64,000 nucleotides of DNA, taken from Myxococcota bacterium (GTDB lineage Bacteria; Myxococcota_A; UBA9160; UBA4427). This document shows, in pieces, positions 54,417-63,459 of this stretch. The first letter of the stretch is position 1; every line of letters begins with the position of its first letter. The stretch lies in contig JAWKRT010000002.1 in assembly GCA_041389495.1 (NCBI GenBank), forward strand, positions 1,067,758-1,131,757, written 5' to 3'. Position numbers and translations under genes: made by a program. The notes beneath the pieces were generated by a model. It was not told the origin of the DNA and ran no database searches. It saw only the letters and a list, made by a program, of their open reading frames with translations.

Positions 54417-55376
54417 ATGACGAGCCCGCTTCCCGCGACTCCCGCGCTCTCGATGCACCTCGGCAACTTCGCGGCGACCGACCCCGGCGTCGGCGGCTTC
54501 CAGCCGCTGCTCGATCGCGCGCGCCTGCTCGACGAGTGCGGCATCGATCGCCTGATCGTCTCGGACCACGTCGTGTACGGCGAGGATCTCGAGGCCTACG
54601 GAAATCCGGCCGTCGGCGGCATCGCGGGCGGGCGCCAGCCGACGGACTCCGACGGGCTCTGGCTCGAGCCGCTCACGACGCTCGCGGTCGTGGCGGGCGT
54701 GACGAAGCGCGCGCGTCTGCAGACGGGCATCCTGATCGCCGCGCTCCGCCGGCCCGTCGTGCTCGCGAAGGTGGCGTCGACGCTCGACGTGCTCTCGTGC
54801 GGACGGCTCGACCTCGGCGTCGGCGTCGGGTGGCAGCGCGAGGAGTACGAGGCCGCGGGGCTCGGCTTCGAGGGGCGCGGCCGGCTGCTCGATCACACGC
54901 TCGAGGTCTGCCAGCTGCTGTGGCGCGAGCCGCGCGCCGCCTACGCGGCACCCGAGCTCGCGTTCGAGAAGATCCACATGATGCCGAAGCCCGTGCAGCC
55001 GGGCGGCGTGCCCATCTGGGTGAGCGGCCGGCTCAACAAGATGGTGCTGCGGCGCATCGCGCGCTTCGGGAGCGGCTGGATTCCGTGGGGCGACGACGCG
55101 ATCGAGCCGGCGAAGGGGCTCGCGCTCGTGCGCGAGGCGCTGGCCGAGGCGGGACGCGATGCGACCGGCTTCCAGACGACGCTGACGCTGCGCATCCACA
55201 AGGACGCGAGCAAGCGCGTCGACGTCGCGCGCACGCTCGAGCCCGTGGCCGCGCTCGCCGCCCAGGGCATCACCGACTTCCAGCTGACGCAGCTCCCGGT
55301 GCCGGGCGACGAGGGCGCTGCGCGCGACCTGCTCGGCGAGGTCGTCGAGCGCTTCCGCAAGGCGGTGGGGCGCTAG
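54417..55376 (+). CDS. LLM-class F420-type oxidoreductase (TIGR03619-like)
   Basis: IVSDHVV, EPLTTLAVVAGVT, GRLDLGVGVGWQREEY, PKPVQPGGVPIWVSG. Confidence 0.9.
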   Translation: MTSPLPATPALSMHLGNFAATDPGVGGFQPLLDRARLLDECGIDRLIVSDHVVYGEDLEAYGNPAVGGIAGGRQPTDSDGLWLEPLTTLAVVAGVTKRARLQTGILIAALRRPVVLAKVASTLDVLSCGRLDLGVGVGWQREEYEAAGLGFEGRGRLLDHTLEVCQLLWREPRAAYAAPELAFEKIHMMPKPVQPGGVPIWVSGRLNKMVLRRIARFGSGWIPWGDDAIEPAKGLALVREALAEAGRDATGFQTTLTLRIHKDASKRVDVARTLEPVAALAAQGITDFQLTQLPVPGDEGAARDLLGEVVERFRKAVGR

Positions 55377-55584
55377 GCGCGGCGAGCACCCGCTCCGCCT
55401 CTCCGCGCGTGACACATCCGCGCCTCGCGTGGTACTCCCAACCTGGCAAGGGCCGCCCGGCGGGCGGCTCCGACGAAGGGCCGCCCCTGCCGGGTGGCCC
55501 GGCGCGGGCCTCGCGCCGCCGGCCGCCGCGGGCTCGTCCCGGTCGCGCGCCGACGACGCCTCCCGCGCGCGACCGCCGGGAGGA

Positions 55585-58500
55585 ATGCTCGTGCGCGCCC
55601 CGCTGCTCCGACCGCCGCCGTCGCGGCACGTTCCGCCTTCTCCGTCGCCGCGCCCGTTCGCCGCGCTCTTCGTCCCGCTCGTCCTGTCCCTCGTCGCCGC
55701 GTCCGCCGCGCTCGCGCAGACGTCCTTCGTCGCGTTCGAGAGCGGGCACGTGCGGCCCGTCGCGCTGTCGCCGGACGGGAGCCTCGTCTTCGCGGTGAAC
55801 ACGCCCGACAACCGGCTCGAGGTGTTCGCGAACACCGGGGGCAGCCTGACGCGCATCGACTCGGTGCCGGTCGGCATGGAGCCGGTCGCGGTCGCCGCGC
55901 GCACGAACACCGAAGTCTGGGTGGTGAACCACCTCTCGGACAGCGTGAGCATCGTCGACCTGTCGACGACGCCCGCGCGCGTCGTGCGCACGCTGCTCGT
56001 CGGCGACGAGCCGCGCGACATCGTCTTCGCGGGCGCCGCGTTCGACCGCGCGTTCATCACGACCGCCCATCGCGGCCAGCACCGCACCGACGCGTCGATC
56101 GCGGGCGTCGCCGGTGCGGGCGATCCGCAGCTGACGACGCCGGGCGTCGGGCGCGCGGACGTCTGGGTCTTCGACGCGACGAGCCTCGGCGCGACCGTCG
56201 GCGGAACTCCGGTCGAGATCCTCTCGTTCTTCGCGGACACGCCGCGCGCGCTCGCGGCGACGCCCGACGGCAGCACCGTCTACGTCGCCGCCTTCCAGTC
56301 CGGAAACGAGACGACGGTGATCAACGAGACGATGGTGCCCGACGGCTTCGCGGGCGCGGGGCCGAGCGGCGCCGCGCCGGGCGGCGTGCCCGGCCCCGAC
56401 GACAACGCGGCCGGCGCGGCCGCGCCCGAGACGGGCGTCATCGTGCGCTACGACGGCTCGGCCTGGCGCGACACGCTCGGCCGCGACTGGAGCGGCCTCG
56501 TCGCCTTCGACCTCCCCGACCACGACGTCTTCTCGATCGACGCCGACACGCTCGCGCCGGCCTCGGTGCAGGAGTTCGATCACGTCGGCACGACGCTCTT
56601 CAACATGGCCGTGAACCCGGTCACCGGGAAGGTCTACGTCACGAACACGGAGTCGCGGAACGAGGTGCTGTTCGAGGGGCCGGGCGTGCACGGCGGCTCC
56701 ACCGTGCAGGGCCACCTCTCCGAGTCGCGCATCAGCGTGCTCGACCCGCTCGGGCCGAGCGTCGACCCGCAGCACCTGAACCAGCACATCGACTACGGCC
56801 AGCGGCACACGGACGCGGGCGCGAACCACGCCGCGATCGACGCGCAGATCGCGCACAGCCTCGCGACGCCGACGCAGATCCTCGTGTCGAGCGACGGCAG
56901 CACGGTGTACGTCGCGGCCCTCGGCTCGAACCGCATCGGCGTCTTCGCGGCCGCCGCGATCGAGGACCCGTCGTTCGAGGCGAACTTCGACCCGACGATC
57001 GCGAGCGCGGGCTACATCGCGACGGGCGGCGGGCCGAGCGGCATGGCGCTCGACGAGACGAACGACCGGCTGTTCGTGCTCGCGCGCTTCGACAACGCGC
57101 TCCAGGTGATCGACACGGGCACGGGCGCCATCGTCGAGACGCACGCGCTCCCGAATCCCGAGCCGGCGTCGATCACGGACGGCCGCCGGTTCCTGTACGA
57201 CGCGACGCTCACGTCGGGCAACGGCGAGGCGTCGTGCGCGAGCTGCCACACGTTCGGCGACATGGACCAGCTCGGGTGGAACCTCGGCGACCCGGACGCC
57301 GCGGTCTCGACCAACAACCAGCCGGGCGCGGTTCCGCTGCTGCCGACGGGTGCGACCTTCCATCCCATGAAGGGCCCGATGACGACGCAGACCCTGCGCG
57401 GCCTCGCGACGCACGGCGGCATGCACTGGCGGGGCGACCGCGTCGACGGCTTCTTCGGGACCGACCCGTGCAACCAGAACCCGAACCTGACGGCGCCCTG
57501 CGACGAGGATCTCTCGTTCCGCAACTTCATCGTCGCGTTCGAGGGGCTCGTCGGGAAGCACGGCACCATCACCGCCGGCGAGATGCAGCAGTTCTCGGAC
57601 TTCATGCTGCAGGTCGTGCTGCCGCCGAACCCGGTGCGCGCGCTCGACAACTCGCTCACCGCGACGCAGCAGACGGGCGCCAACCTGTTCGGCTCGTTCG
57701 AGCAGGCGCCGGGCAACACCCCGCCGAACTCCGACACGATCGCGACCTGCCAGGGCTGCCACAACCTGAACCCGGCGCTCGGCTTCTTCGGCTCGGGCGG
57801 CGAGCAGAGCTTCGAGGCGGAGCCGCAGTTCTTCAAGGTCGCGCACATGCGCAACCTCTATGCGAAGGTCGGCATGTTCGGTCTCTCGACCGGCAGCACC
57901 TTCATGGGCGACCAGATCCGCGGCTTCGGCTTCCTGCACGACGGCAGCGTCGACACCGTCGACCACTTCCTCGAGGCGCCCGTCTTCAGCCTGAACAACA
58001 CGCAGGAGTCCCAGCTCGAGGCCTATGCGCTCGCCTTCCCGTCCGACCTCGCGCCCGTCGTCGGGCAGCAGGTGACGCTCACGGCGACCAACGCCGGCGT
58101 CGCCGGGCCGCGCATCGACCTGCTCGAGGCGCGCGCGGGCACGTCCTTCTCGTCGCTCGTGCTGGGCGGTGCGGTGACCGAGTGCGACGTCGTGGCGAAG
58201 GGCGCCGTCGGCGGTGTGCCGCGCGGCTTCGCGCGCGAGGCGAGCGGCGACTACCGCGACGACACGGGGGCACTCCTCACGTCCGCCGCGCTGCGCGCGC
58301 TGGTCGCCGCGAACGGCCCCATCACCTACACGTGCGCGCCGCCCGGGTCGGGCACGCGCATGGGCATCGACCGCGACGAGGACGGCGCGTTCGACGGCGT
58401 CGACAACTGCGTCGACGTCGCGAACCCGACGCAGAGCGACGCGGATACGAACGGGATCGGCGACGCCTGCGACGCGGCGACCAACGACACCGACGGCGAC

Positions 58501-58842
58501 GGCGTCTTCGACGCGGTGGACAACTGCTCGTCGACGCCGAACCCGCTCCAGGAGGACTTCGACGGCGACCTGCTCGGCGACGCCTGCGATGCGGACGACG
58601 ACGGCGACGGCCTGTCCGACGTCGACGAGGCCACCTGGGGCACGAGCCCGCTCGACCCCGACAGCGACGACGACGGCATCGACGACGGAACCGAGGTGGC
58701 GAACGGCTGGGACCCGCTCGACCCGAACGACCCGCCGCAGCACGCGGCGCCCGCGCTTCCGGCCTGGGCGGTCGGCGCGGGTGCGATCGGCGTGCTGGGG
58801 CTCGCGCGGCGCGCGCGCCGCCGAGGAGCGCGGCGCGCCTAG
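55585..58842 (+). CDS. Surface protein: YVTN/YncE beta-propeller + di-heme cytochrome c peroxidase/MauG-like domain + thrombospondin-type-3 Ca-binding repeats + C-terminal anchor
   Basis: ATG 55585 (RBS ggagg). Signal peptide. VNTPDNRLEV, VGMEPVAV, NHLSDSVSIV. Heme motifs CASCH and CQGCH, KGPMTTQTL, GFLHDGS. DxDxDG..D..DNC repeats. Tail PALPAWAVGAGAIGVLGLARRARRR. Confidence 0.85.
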   Translation: MLVRAPLLRPPPSRHVPPSPSPRPFAALFVPLVLSLVAASAALAQTSFVAFESGHVRPVALSPDGSLVFAVNTPDNRLEVFANTGGSLTRIDSVPVGMEPVAVAARTNTEVWVVNHLSDSVSIVDLSTTPARVVRTLLVGDEPRDIVFAGAAFDRAFITTAHRGQHRTDASIAGVAGAGDPQLTTPGVGRADVWVFDATSLGATVGGTPVEILSFFADTPRALAATPDGSTVYVAAFQSGNETTVINETMVPDGFAGAGPSGAAPGGVPGPDDNAAGAAAPETGVIVRYDGSAWRDTLGRDWSGLVAFDLPDHDVFSIDADTLAPASVQEFDHVGTTLFNMAVNPVTGKVYVTNTESRNEVLFEGPGVHGGSTVQGHLSESRISVLDPLGPSVDPQHLNQHIDYGQRHTDAGANHAAIDAQIAHSLATPTQILVSSDGSTVYVAALGSNRIGVFAAAAIEDPSFEANFDPTIASAGYIATGGGPSGMALDETNDRLFVLARFDNALQVIDTGTGAIVETHALPNPEPASITDGRRFLYDATLTSGNGEASCASCHTFGDMDQLGWNLGDPDAAVSTNNQPGAVPLLPTGATFHPMKGPMTTQTLRGLATHGGMHWRGDRVDGFFGTDPCNQNPNLTAPCDEDLSFRNFIVAFEGLVGKHGTITAGEMQQFSDFMLQVVLPPNPVRALDNSLTATQQTGANLFGSFEQAPGNTPPNSDTIATCQGCHNLNPALGFFGSGGEQSFEAEPQFFKVAHMRNLYAKVGMFGLSTGSTFMGDQIRGFGFLHDGSVDTVDHFLEAPVFSLNNTQESQLEAYALAFPSDLAPVVGQQVTLTATNAGVAGPRIDLLEARAGTSFSSLVLGGAVTECDVVAKGAVGGVPRGFAREASGDYRDDTGALLTSAALRALVAANGPITYTCAPPGSGTRMGIDRDEDGAFDGVDNCVDVANPTQSDADTNGIGDACDAATNDTDGDGVFDAVDNCSSTPNPLQEDFDGDLLGDACDADDDGDGLSDVDEATWGTSPLDPDSDDDGIDDGTEVANGWDPLDPNDPPQHAAPALPAWAVGAGAIGVLGLARRARRRGARRA

Positions 58843-58905
58843 CGTGCGCGCGCTTCGCGGGCCCGCACGCCCCGCGACGCGCGCCCGGCGCTCCGGGCCG
58901 CGCGC

Positions 58906-59487
58906 CTAGCGCACCTCGATCGCATAGCGTCGCAGCGGCATGTGCGAGTGCTCGTGCGTCTCGACCTCGATCACGTAGCGCCCGGGCACGAGCTCGGGCG
59001 CGAAGAGCTCGATCGTCGCCTCGCCGTCCGCGCCGGCGTCCGCACCCGGCGCGACGCGCACCTCGCGCCACTGCGGCTCGATGCCGTCGCCGAGCAGCCG
59101 CGCGCGCGCGGGCGGAGCGCCCGGCGGCGGCGTCGGGAGCGCGACGCGGACGGCGAAGGTCGTGCGCTCCGCCACGCGCGCGGCGTCGAGGGCGAGCGTC
59201 TCGCCGCTGCGGACGAGCGGTGCGGGGCCCGGCGGCGCGGGCTCGCGAGCGTCGTCGGGCGCGCTCTCTCTCTCGCCTCGCGCGGCCGCATCGGCTTCCC
59301 GCGCGGCGGTGGTCGGCGAATCCCCGCCGCTCGGCGCTCCTTCGGGCGGCGGCGCGGCGACCGGCCGCGTCGCGACCCAGAGCGCGATCGCCGCCATCGC
59401 CGCGGCCGTTCCGAGCGCGAGGCCCCAGCCCCGCCCGCCGCGCGCGGCGTCGCTCGTCCGCTCGCCGTCGTTCCGCTCGTCGCTCAT
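58906..59487 (-). CDS. Hypothetical single-pass membrane protein
   Basis: RBS ggagg. One TM near the N-terminus, Pro/Ala linker, beta-rich C-domain ending GRYVIEVETHEHSHMPLRRYAIEVR. Confidence 0.75.
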   Translation of the reverse strand: MSDERNDGERTSDAARGGRGWGLALGTAAAMAAIALWVATRPVAAPPPEGAPSGGDSPTTAAREADAAARGERESAPDDAREPAPPGPAPLVRSGETLALDAARVAERTTFAVRVALPTPPPGAPPARARLLGDGIEPQWREVRVAPGADAGADGEATIELFAPELVPGRYVIEVETHEHSHMPLRRYAIEVR

Positions 59488-59535
59488 CGCGCCTCCCGTG
59501 TCGCGTCGCGCGGGCCCTCCGCGCGGCCGCGCGCG

Positions 59536-60492
59536 CTAGAGGAGTCGGTAGCCGAGATAGCCGGCGTAGGCCGCCAGGAGCGCGACCGCCTCGCCGCGGA
59601 TGATGCGGTGCCCCTGGCTGAGCGACACGCCGAGCAGCACCAGCGAGAAGAGCACGACCGCGACGAGGTCGGTGACGCCGCCGGGCGGCAGCGGCACGGT
59701 CGCGACGGTCGACGTCAGGCCGAGCACGAACAGCAGGTTGAAGATGTTCGAGCCGACGACGTTCGCGACCGCGAGGTCGGTGTGGCCGCGCCAGGTGGCC
59801 ATCACGCTCGCGGTCAGCTCGGGCAGGCTCGTGCCGACCGCCACGAGCGTGAAGCCGATCACGTCGTCGGAGATGCCGAGCGCGCTCGCGACGCCCGTCG
59901 CGCCCTCGACGGTCGTCGCGCCGCCGGCCGCGAGCCCGACGAGCCCGCCGACCGTCTGCGCGATCGCGCGCGGCATGCGCACGGCGGCGGCGCGCTCCGG
60001 GTCCGCGTGCGCGTCGCCGCGCGCGGCGAGGTCGCCGAGCGTGTAGTAGGCGAACACGCAGAAGAGCAGGAGGAGGACGAGACCGTCGGCGCGATCGAAG
60101 GCGTCGGGGCGGCCGCCCGCGAGCAGCGCGTCGGCGCCGACGCACAGCGCGACGAGCGATGCGAGCAGCATCATCGGCACCTCGCGCCGGATGATCACGT
60201 CGTGGATCGCGAGCGGGCTCACGAGCGCGGCGGCGCCGACGATCAGCCCGATGTTCGCGAGGTTCGAGCCGACGATGCTGCCGAACGCGAGCGACGTCGA
60301 GCCGTGCAGCGCGGCCGTCAGGTTCACCGCGAGCTCGGGCGCCGACGTGCCGAACGCGACCACGGTGAGGCCGACGGCGACCGGCGGAACGCCGAGCCGC
60401 GTCGCGAGCGCCGACGCCCCGCGCACGACGGCGTCGCCGCCGCCGACGAGCAGGGCGAGACCGAGCGCGGTCACGAGCAGGTCGACGAGCAC
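59536..60492 (-). CDS. Ca2+/Na+ (cation:Ca2+) antiporter, YrbG family
   Basis: Start GTG 60492. Two alpha-repeats VAFGTSAPE...GSNLAN and VAVGTSLPE...GSNIFN, ~10 TM. Confidence 0.92.
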   Translation of the reverse strand: MLVDLLVTALGLALLVGGGDAVVRGASALATRLGVPPVAVGLTVVAFGTSAPELAVNLTAALHGSTSLAFGSIVGSNLANIGLIVGAAALVSPLAIHDVIIRREVPMMLLASLVALCVGADALLAGGRPDAFDRADGLVLLLLFCVFAYYTLGDLAARGDAHADPERAAAVRMPRAIAQTVGGLVGLAAGGATTVEGATGVASALGISDDVIGFTLVAVGTSLPELTASVMATWRGHTDLAVANVVGSNIFNLLFVLGLTSTVATVPLPPGGVTDLVAVVLFSLVLLGVSLSQGHRIIRGEAVALLAAYAGYLGYRLL

Positions 60493-60746
60493 GGAGCGGC
60501 TCCGATCGGTCCGTGGGGCGCGGCGCGCGACGGGCCGGTTTGGGTCGGACGGGCTTCGGGAGTAGCCTCGCGACGGCTTCGATGGCCTTCGGGCCGGGTA
60601 TCGAATCGAGGATCGGCCCGCTCCGCAAGCTTTCGGCTCCACCCGCGCGCGCGTTCGCCGCTAACGAGGGCCGCCGCCGGGGGCATCGCGGGCGCATCGC
60701 CGCGCGCGCGACGCCGCGAGAGGACGCATCGGGGAGGCGTGAGGGC

Positions 60747-61871
60747 ATGTCCGTGCGCGTCGGGGTTCCGCGAGAGGTCAAGGTGCGCGAGTACCGCGTC
60801 GGACTCGTTCCGGCGGGTGTGCGCGAGGTCGTCGCGGCCGGGGGCTCCGTCGTCGTCGAGGCGGGTGCGGGCGCGGGCGTCGGCATCGACGACGCCGAGT
60901 TCGAAGCGGCGGGCGCGCGCATCGCTCCCGATGCCGACGCCGTGTTCGCCGAGTCCGACCTGATCGTCAAGGTGAAGGAGCCGCAGCTCGAGGAGTGCCG
61001 CCGGCTGCGCCCGCACCACACGCTCTTCGCGTTCCTCCACCTCGCCGCCGACCCGGCGCAGGCGCGCGCGCTGTGCGCGTCGGGCGCCACCGCGATCGCC
61101 TTCGAGACCGTGACCGCGCCCGACGGCTCGCTGCCGCTCCTCACGCCGATGAGCGAGGTCGCCGGCCGGATGTCCGTGCAGGTCGGCGCGCACTGTCTCG
61201 AGAAGGAGAACGGCGGGCGCGGCGTGCTGCTCGGGGGCGTTCCGGGTGTCGAGCCCGCGCGCGTCGTCGTGCTCGGCGGCGGGGTCGCGGGCACGAACGC
61301 GGCCGAGATGGCCATCGGGCTCGGCGCGCACGTGACGGTCGTCGACCTCTCGCTGGCCCGCCTGCGCGCGCTGGCCGCGCGCTTCGGCGCCCGCATCTCG
61401 ACGGCGCGCTCGTCGCGCGAGACGGTCGACGCGCTCGTGCGCGGCGCGGACCTCGCGATCGGCTCCGTGCTCGTGCCCGGTGCAGCGGCGCCGAAGCTCG
61501 TGTCGCGCGAGACGGTCGCCGCGATGCCGGCCGGCGCGGTCGTCGTCGACATCGCCATCGACCAGGGCGGCTGCTTCGCGACGAGCCGGCCGACCACGCA
61601 CGACGCGCCCACGTTCGTCGAGCACGGCGTCGTGCACTACTGCGTGACGAACATGCCGGGCGCCGTGCCGCGGACCTCCACGTTCGCGCTCGCGAACGCG
61701 ACGCTGCCGTACGTGCTGAAGCTCGTGGAGTCGGGCACGGAGGGCGCGGTCGCGGCCGACGGCGGCCTCGCCGCGGGCGTCAACGTGCGCGCCGGGGCCG
61801 TCGTGCACCCGGTCGTGGCGAAGGCGCTCGCGGCGCAGAGCGCCGCGAGCGGGGTGACGCGCGCCGCCTAG
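60747..61871 (+). CDS. ald: Alanine dehydrogenase
   Basis: ATG 60747. GVPREVK..EYRV, KVKEP, PMSEVAGR, GGGVAG, DIAIDQGGC, HYCVTNMPGAVPRTST.AL.NAT. Confidence 0.96.
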   Translation: MSVRVGVPREVKVREYRVGLVPAGVREVVAAGGSVVVEAGAGAGVGIDDAEFEAAGARIAPDADAVFAESDLIVKVKEPQLEECRRLRPHHTLFAFLHLAADPAQARALCASGATAIAFETVTAPDGSLPLLTPMSEVAGRMSVQVGAHCLEKENGGRGVLLGGVPGVEPARVVVLGGGVAGTNAAEMAIGLGAHVTVVDLSLARLRALAARFGARISTARSSRETVDALVRGADLAIGSVLVPGAAAPKLVSRETVAAMPAGAVVVDIAIDQGGCFATSRPTTHDAPTFVEHGVVHYCVTNMPGAVPRTSTFALANATLPYVLKLVESGTEGAVAADGGLAAGVNVRAGAVVHPVVAKALAAQSAASGVTRAA

Positions 61872-61905
61872 CGTCCGGGCGCGGGACGCCGGCGGCGCGG
61901 CTCGG

Positions 61906-62010
61906 TCAGACGCCGATCCAGACGAGGGCGAACACCTCTGCGAGCATGCCCACCACCGCCAGTGCGAGGAACCGCTCGAGCAGGTCCTCCGCGCGATCGT
62001 GCTTCGACAT
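61906..62010 (-). CDS. Small (34 aa) single-TM protein, absent from the ORF track
   Basis: MSKHDRAEDLLERFLALAVVGMLAEVFALVWIGV*. Purine-rich RBS GAAGGAAGGAAGG immediately upstream. Fills the gap between ald and the amidohydrolase. Confidence 0.7.
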   Translation of the reverse strand: MSKHDRAEDLLERFLALAVVGMLAEVFALVWIGV

Positions 62011-62073
62011 GGCCTTCCTTCCTTCTTTCGCCTGCGCGCGGAGCGGGGCGCCCGACTCCGCGCGGAGGTCCGC

Positions 62074-63396
62074 CTAGCGCGCCGACGCGGCGCCGAGCGC
62101 GTCGCGCTCGAAGACGCCGTCCTTCAGGACCGCGAGGATGCGCGCGCGGTCGCCGAGGACCGCGATGTCCGCGAGCGGGTCGCCGTCGACGACGACGAGG
62201 TCGGCGAGCCGCCCCGCCGCGACCACGCCGAGCTCGTCGCCCATCCCCATGGCGCGCGCGCCGTTCACCGTCGCCCACCGGATCACGTCGAGCGGGTCGA
62301 CGCCGAGCTCCTTCACGTAGAGCACGAGCTCGGCCGCGTAGTCGCCATGCGGCAGCAGCGGCGTCCCGAAGTCGTCACCGACGACCATCGGAACGCCCGC
62401 TGCTGCCGCGGCCGGGATGGCTTCGCGCGTGTACTCGTAGTCGCGGCGGACGGCCGCGATGCGCGCGCGGACCTGCGCGGGCGTCTCGCGGAAGCCCTCG
62501 CTGATCGGGAGCACCTGCGCGTCGTGGTCCCAGCTCTCCGCGAGCTCGAGGAAGCGCTTCGACCACAGCATGCTCGGTACGACCACCGAGCCCGCGTCGA
62601 GGATCGCGTCGATGCACTCCTGGTCGAGCATGTCGGCGTGGTCGATGATGTCGACGCCGGCGAGCGCGCACTCGAGGATCGACGTGCGCGACGGCGCGTG
62701 CGCGCGCGTCTTGCGGCCGCGTTTGTGCACCTCGTCGACCGCCGCCCGCAGCTCCTCGCGCGACGGGTACATGTAGTCGACCGCCGGCGACGAGCCGTGG
62801 CCCGGCCCGGCGGCGATCTTGAGCACGTCGACGCCGCGTCCGACCTCTTCGCGCGCGGCGAACCGCCAGCCGTCCGCGCCGTTCGCGGCGCGCGTCAGGC
62901 CCGTGCAGCCGAGCTCCATGAAGAAGTTGCGGTTGTTCGGGTAGTCCGAGGCCTCGCCCGTCACGACGATCTCGCGCGAGCCCGCGAGGTAGCGGGGCCC
63001 GGGGATCAGCCCCATCAGGATCGCCTCCTTGAGGCTCACGTCGATCGCGAACGCGTTGCTCGACCCGATCGCGCTCGTGAAGCCGCAGTCGAGCGACGTC
63101 TTCGCGTTCACGGCCGCGAGCATCGAGAGGTAGGGCGGGGCGGCCTCGAGCCCGAGCGCCGGCGCCGTGACACCGTCGCCGAACGCGCCGAAGTGCGAGT
63201 GGAAGTGGCACTGCACCATGCCGGGCATCAGCGTCCGGCCGGCGAGCGCGACGACGCGGTCGTCGGGCCGGGTCGCGACCCGGCCGTCGTCGCCGACCTC
63301 GGCGATGCGGTTGCCGTCGACGACCACCGTCTGCGCGGGGCGCGCGGGGTGCAGGCCGTCGATCAGGTTGGCGCCGGTGAAGACCGTACGTGCCAC
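62074..63396 (-). CDS. Metal-dependent amidohydrolase (Xaa-Pro dipeptidase-like)
   Basis: GTG 63396 (RBS gaggag). LMPGMVQCHFH (HxH), DVLKI, RAHA, IIDHA, VGDD, GRLADLVVVDGDPL. Confidence 0.92.
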   Translation of the reverse strand: MARTVFTGANLIDGLHPARPAQTVVVDGNRIAEVGDDGRVATRPDDRVVALAGRTLMPGMVQCHFHSHFGAFGDGVTAPALGLEAAPPYLSMLAAVNAKTSLDCGFTSAIGSSNAFAIDVSLKEAILMGLIPGPRYLAGSREIVVTGEASDYPNNRNFFMELGCTGLTRAANGADGWRFAAREEVGRGVDVLKIAAGPGHGSSPAVDYMYPSREELRAAVDEVHKRGRKTRAHAPSRTSILECALAGVDIIDHADMLDQECIDAILDAGSVVVPSMLWSKRFLELAESWDHDAQVLPISEGFRETPAQVRARIAAVRRDYEYTREAIPAAAAAGVPMVVGDDFGTPLLPHGDYAAELVLYVKELGVDPLDVIRWATVNGARAMGMGDELGVVAAGRLADLVVVDGDPLADIAVLGDRARILAVLKDGVFERDALGAASAR

Positions 63397-63459
63397 GACT
63401 CGAGCTCCTCTTCGAGGCGAGCCCGCTCCGAGGCCCGCGCTCCTTCGCGACGACCGACC

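Noticed and set aside
58370-58735. Repetitive gacggcgac/gacgac sequence
   Set aside because: Encodes TSP3-like DxDxDG calcium-binding repeats, not a DNA-level repeat element.
60558-60566. GGGAGTAGC resembling the 5' signature of the yybP-ykoY Mn2+ riboswitch
   Set aside because: It is on the strand opposite the transporter, and I could not find the other hallmark segments (CGUCA-type loop, 3' GAGACC). Not called as a riboswitch.
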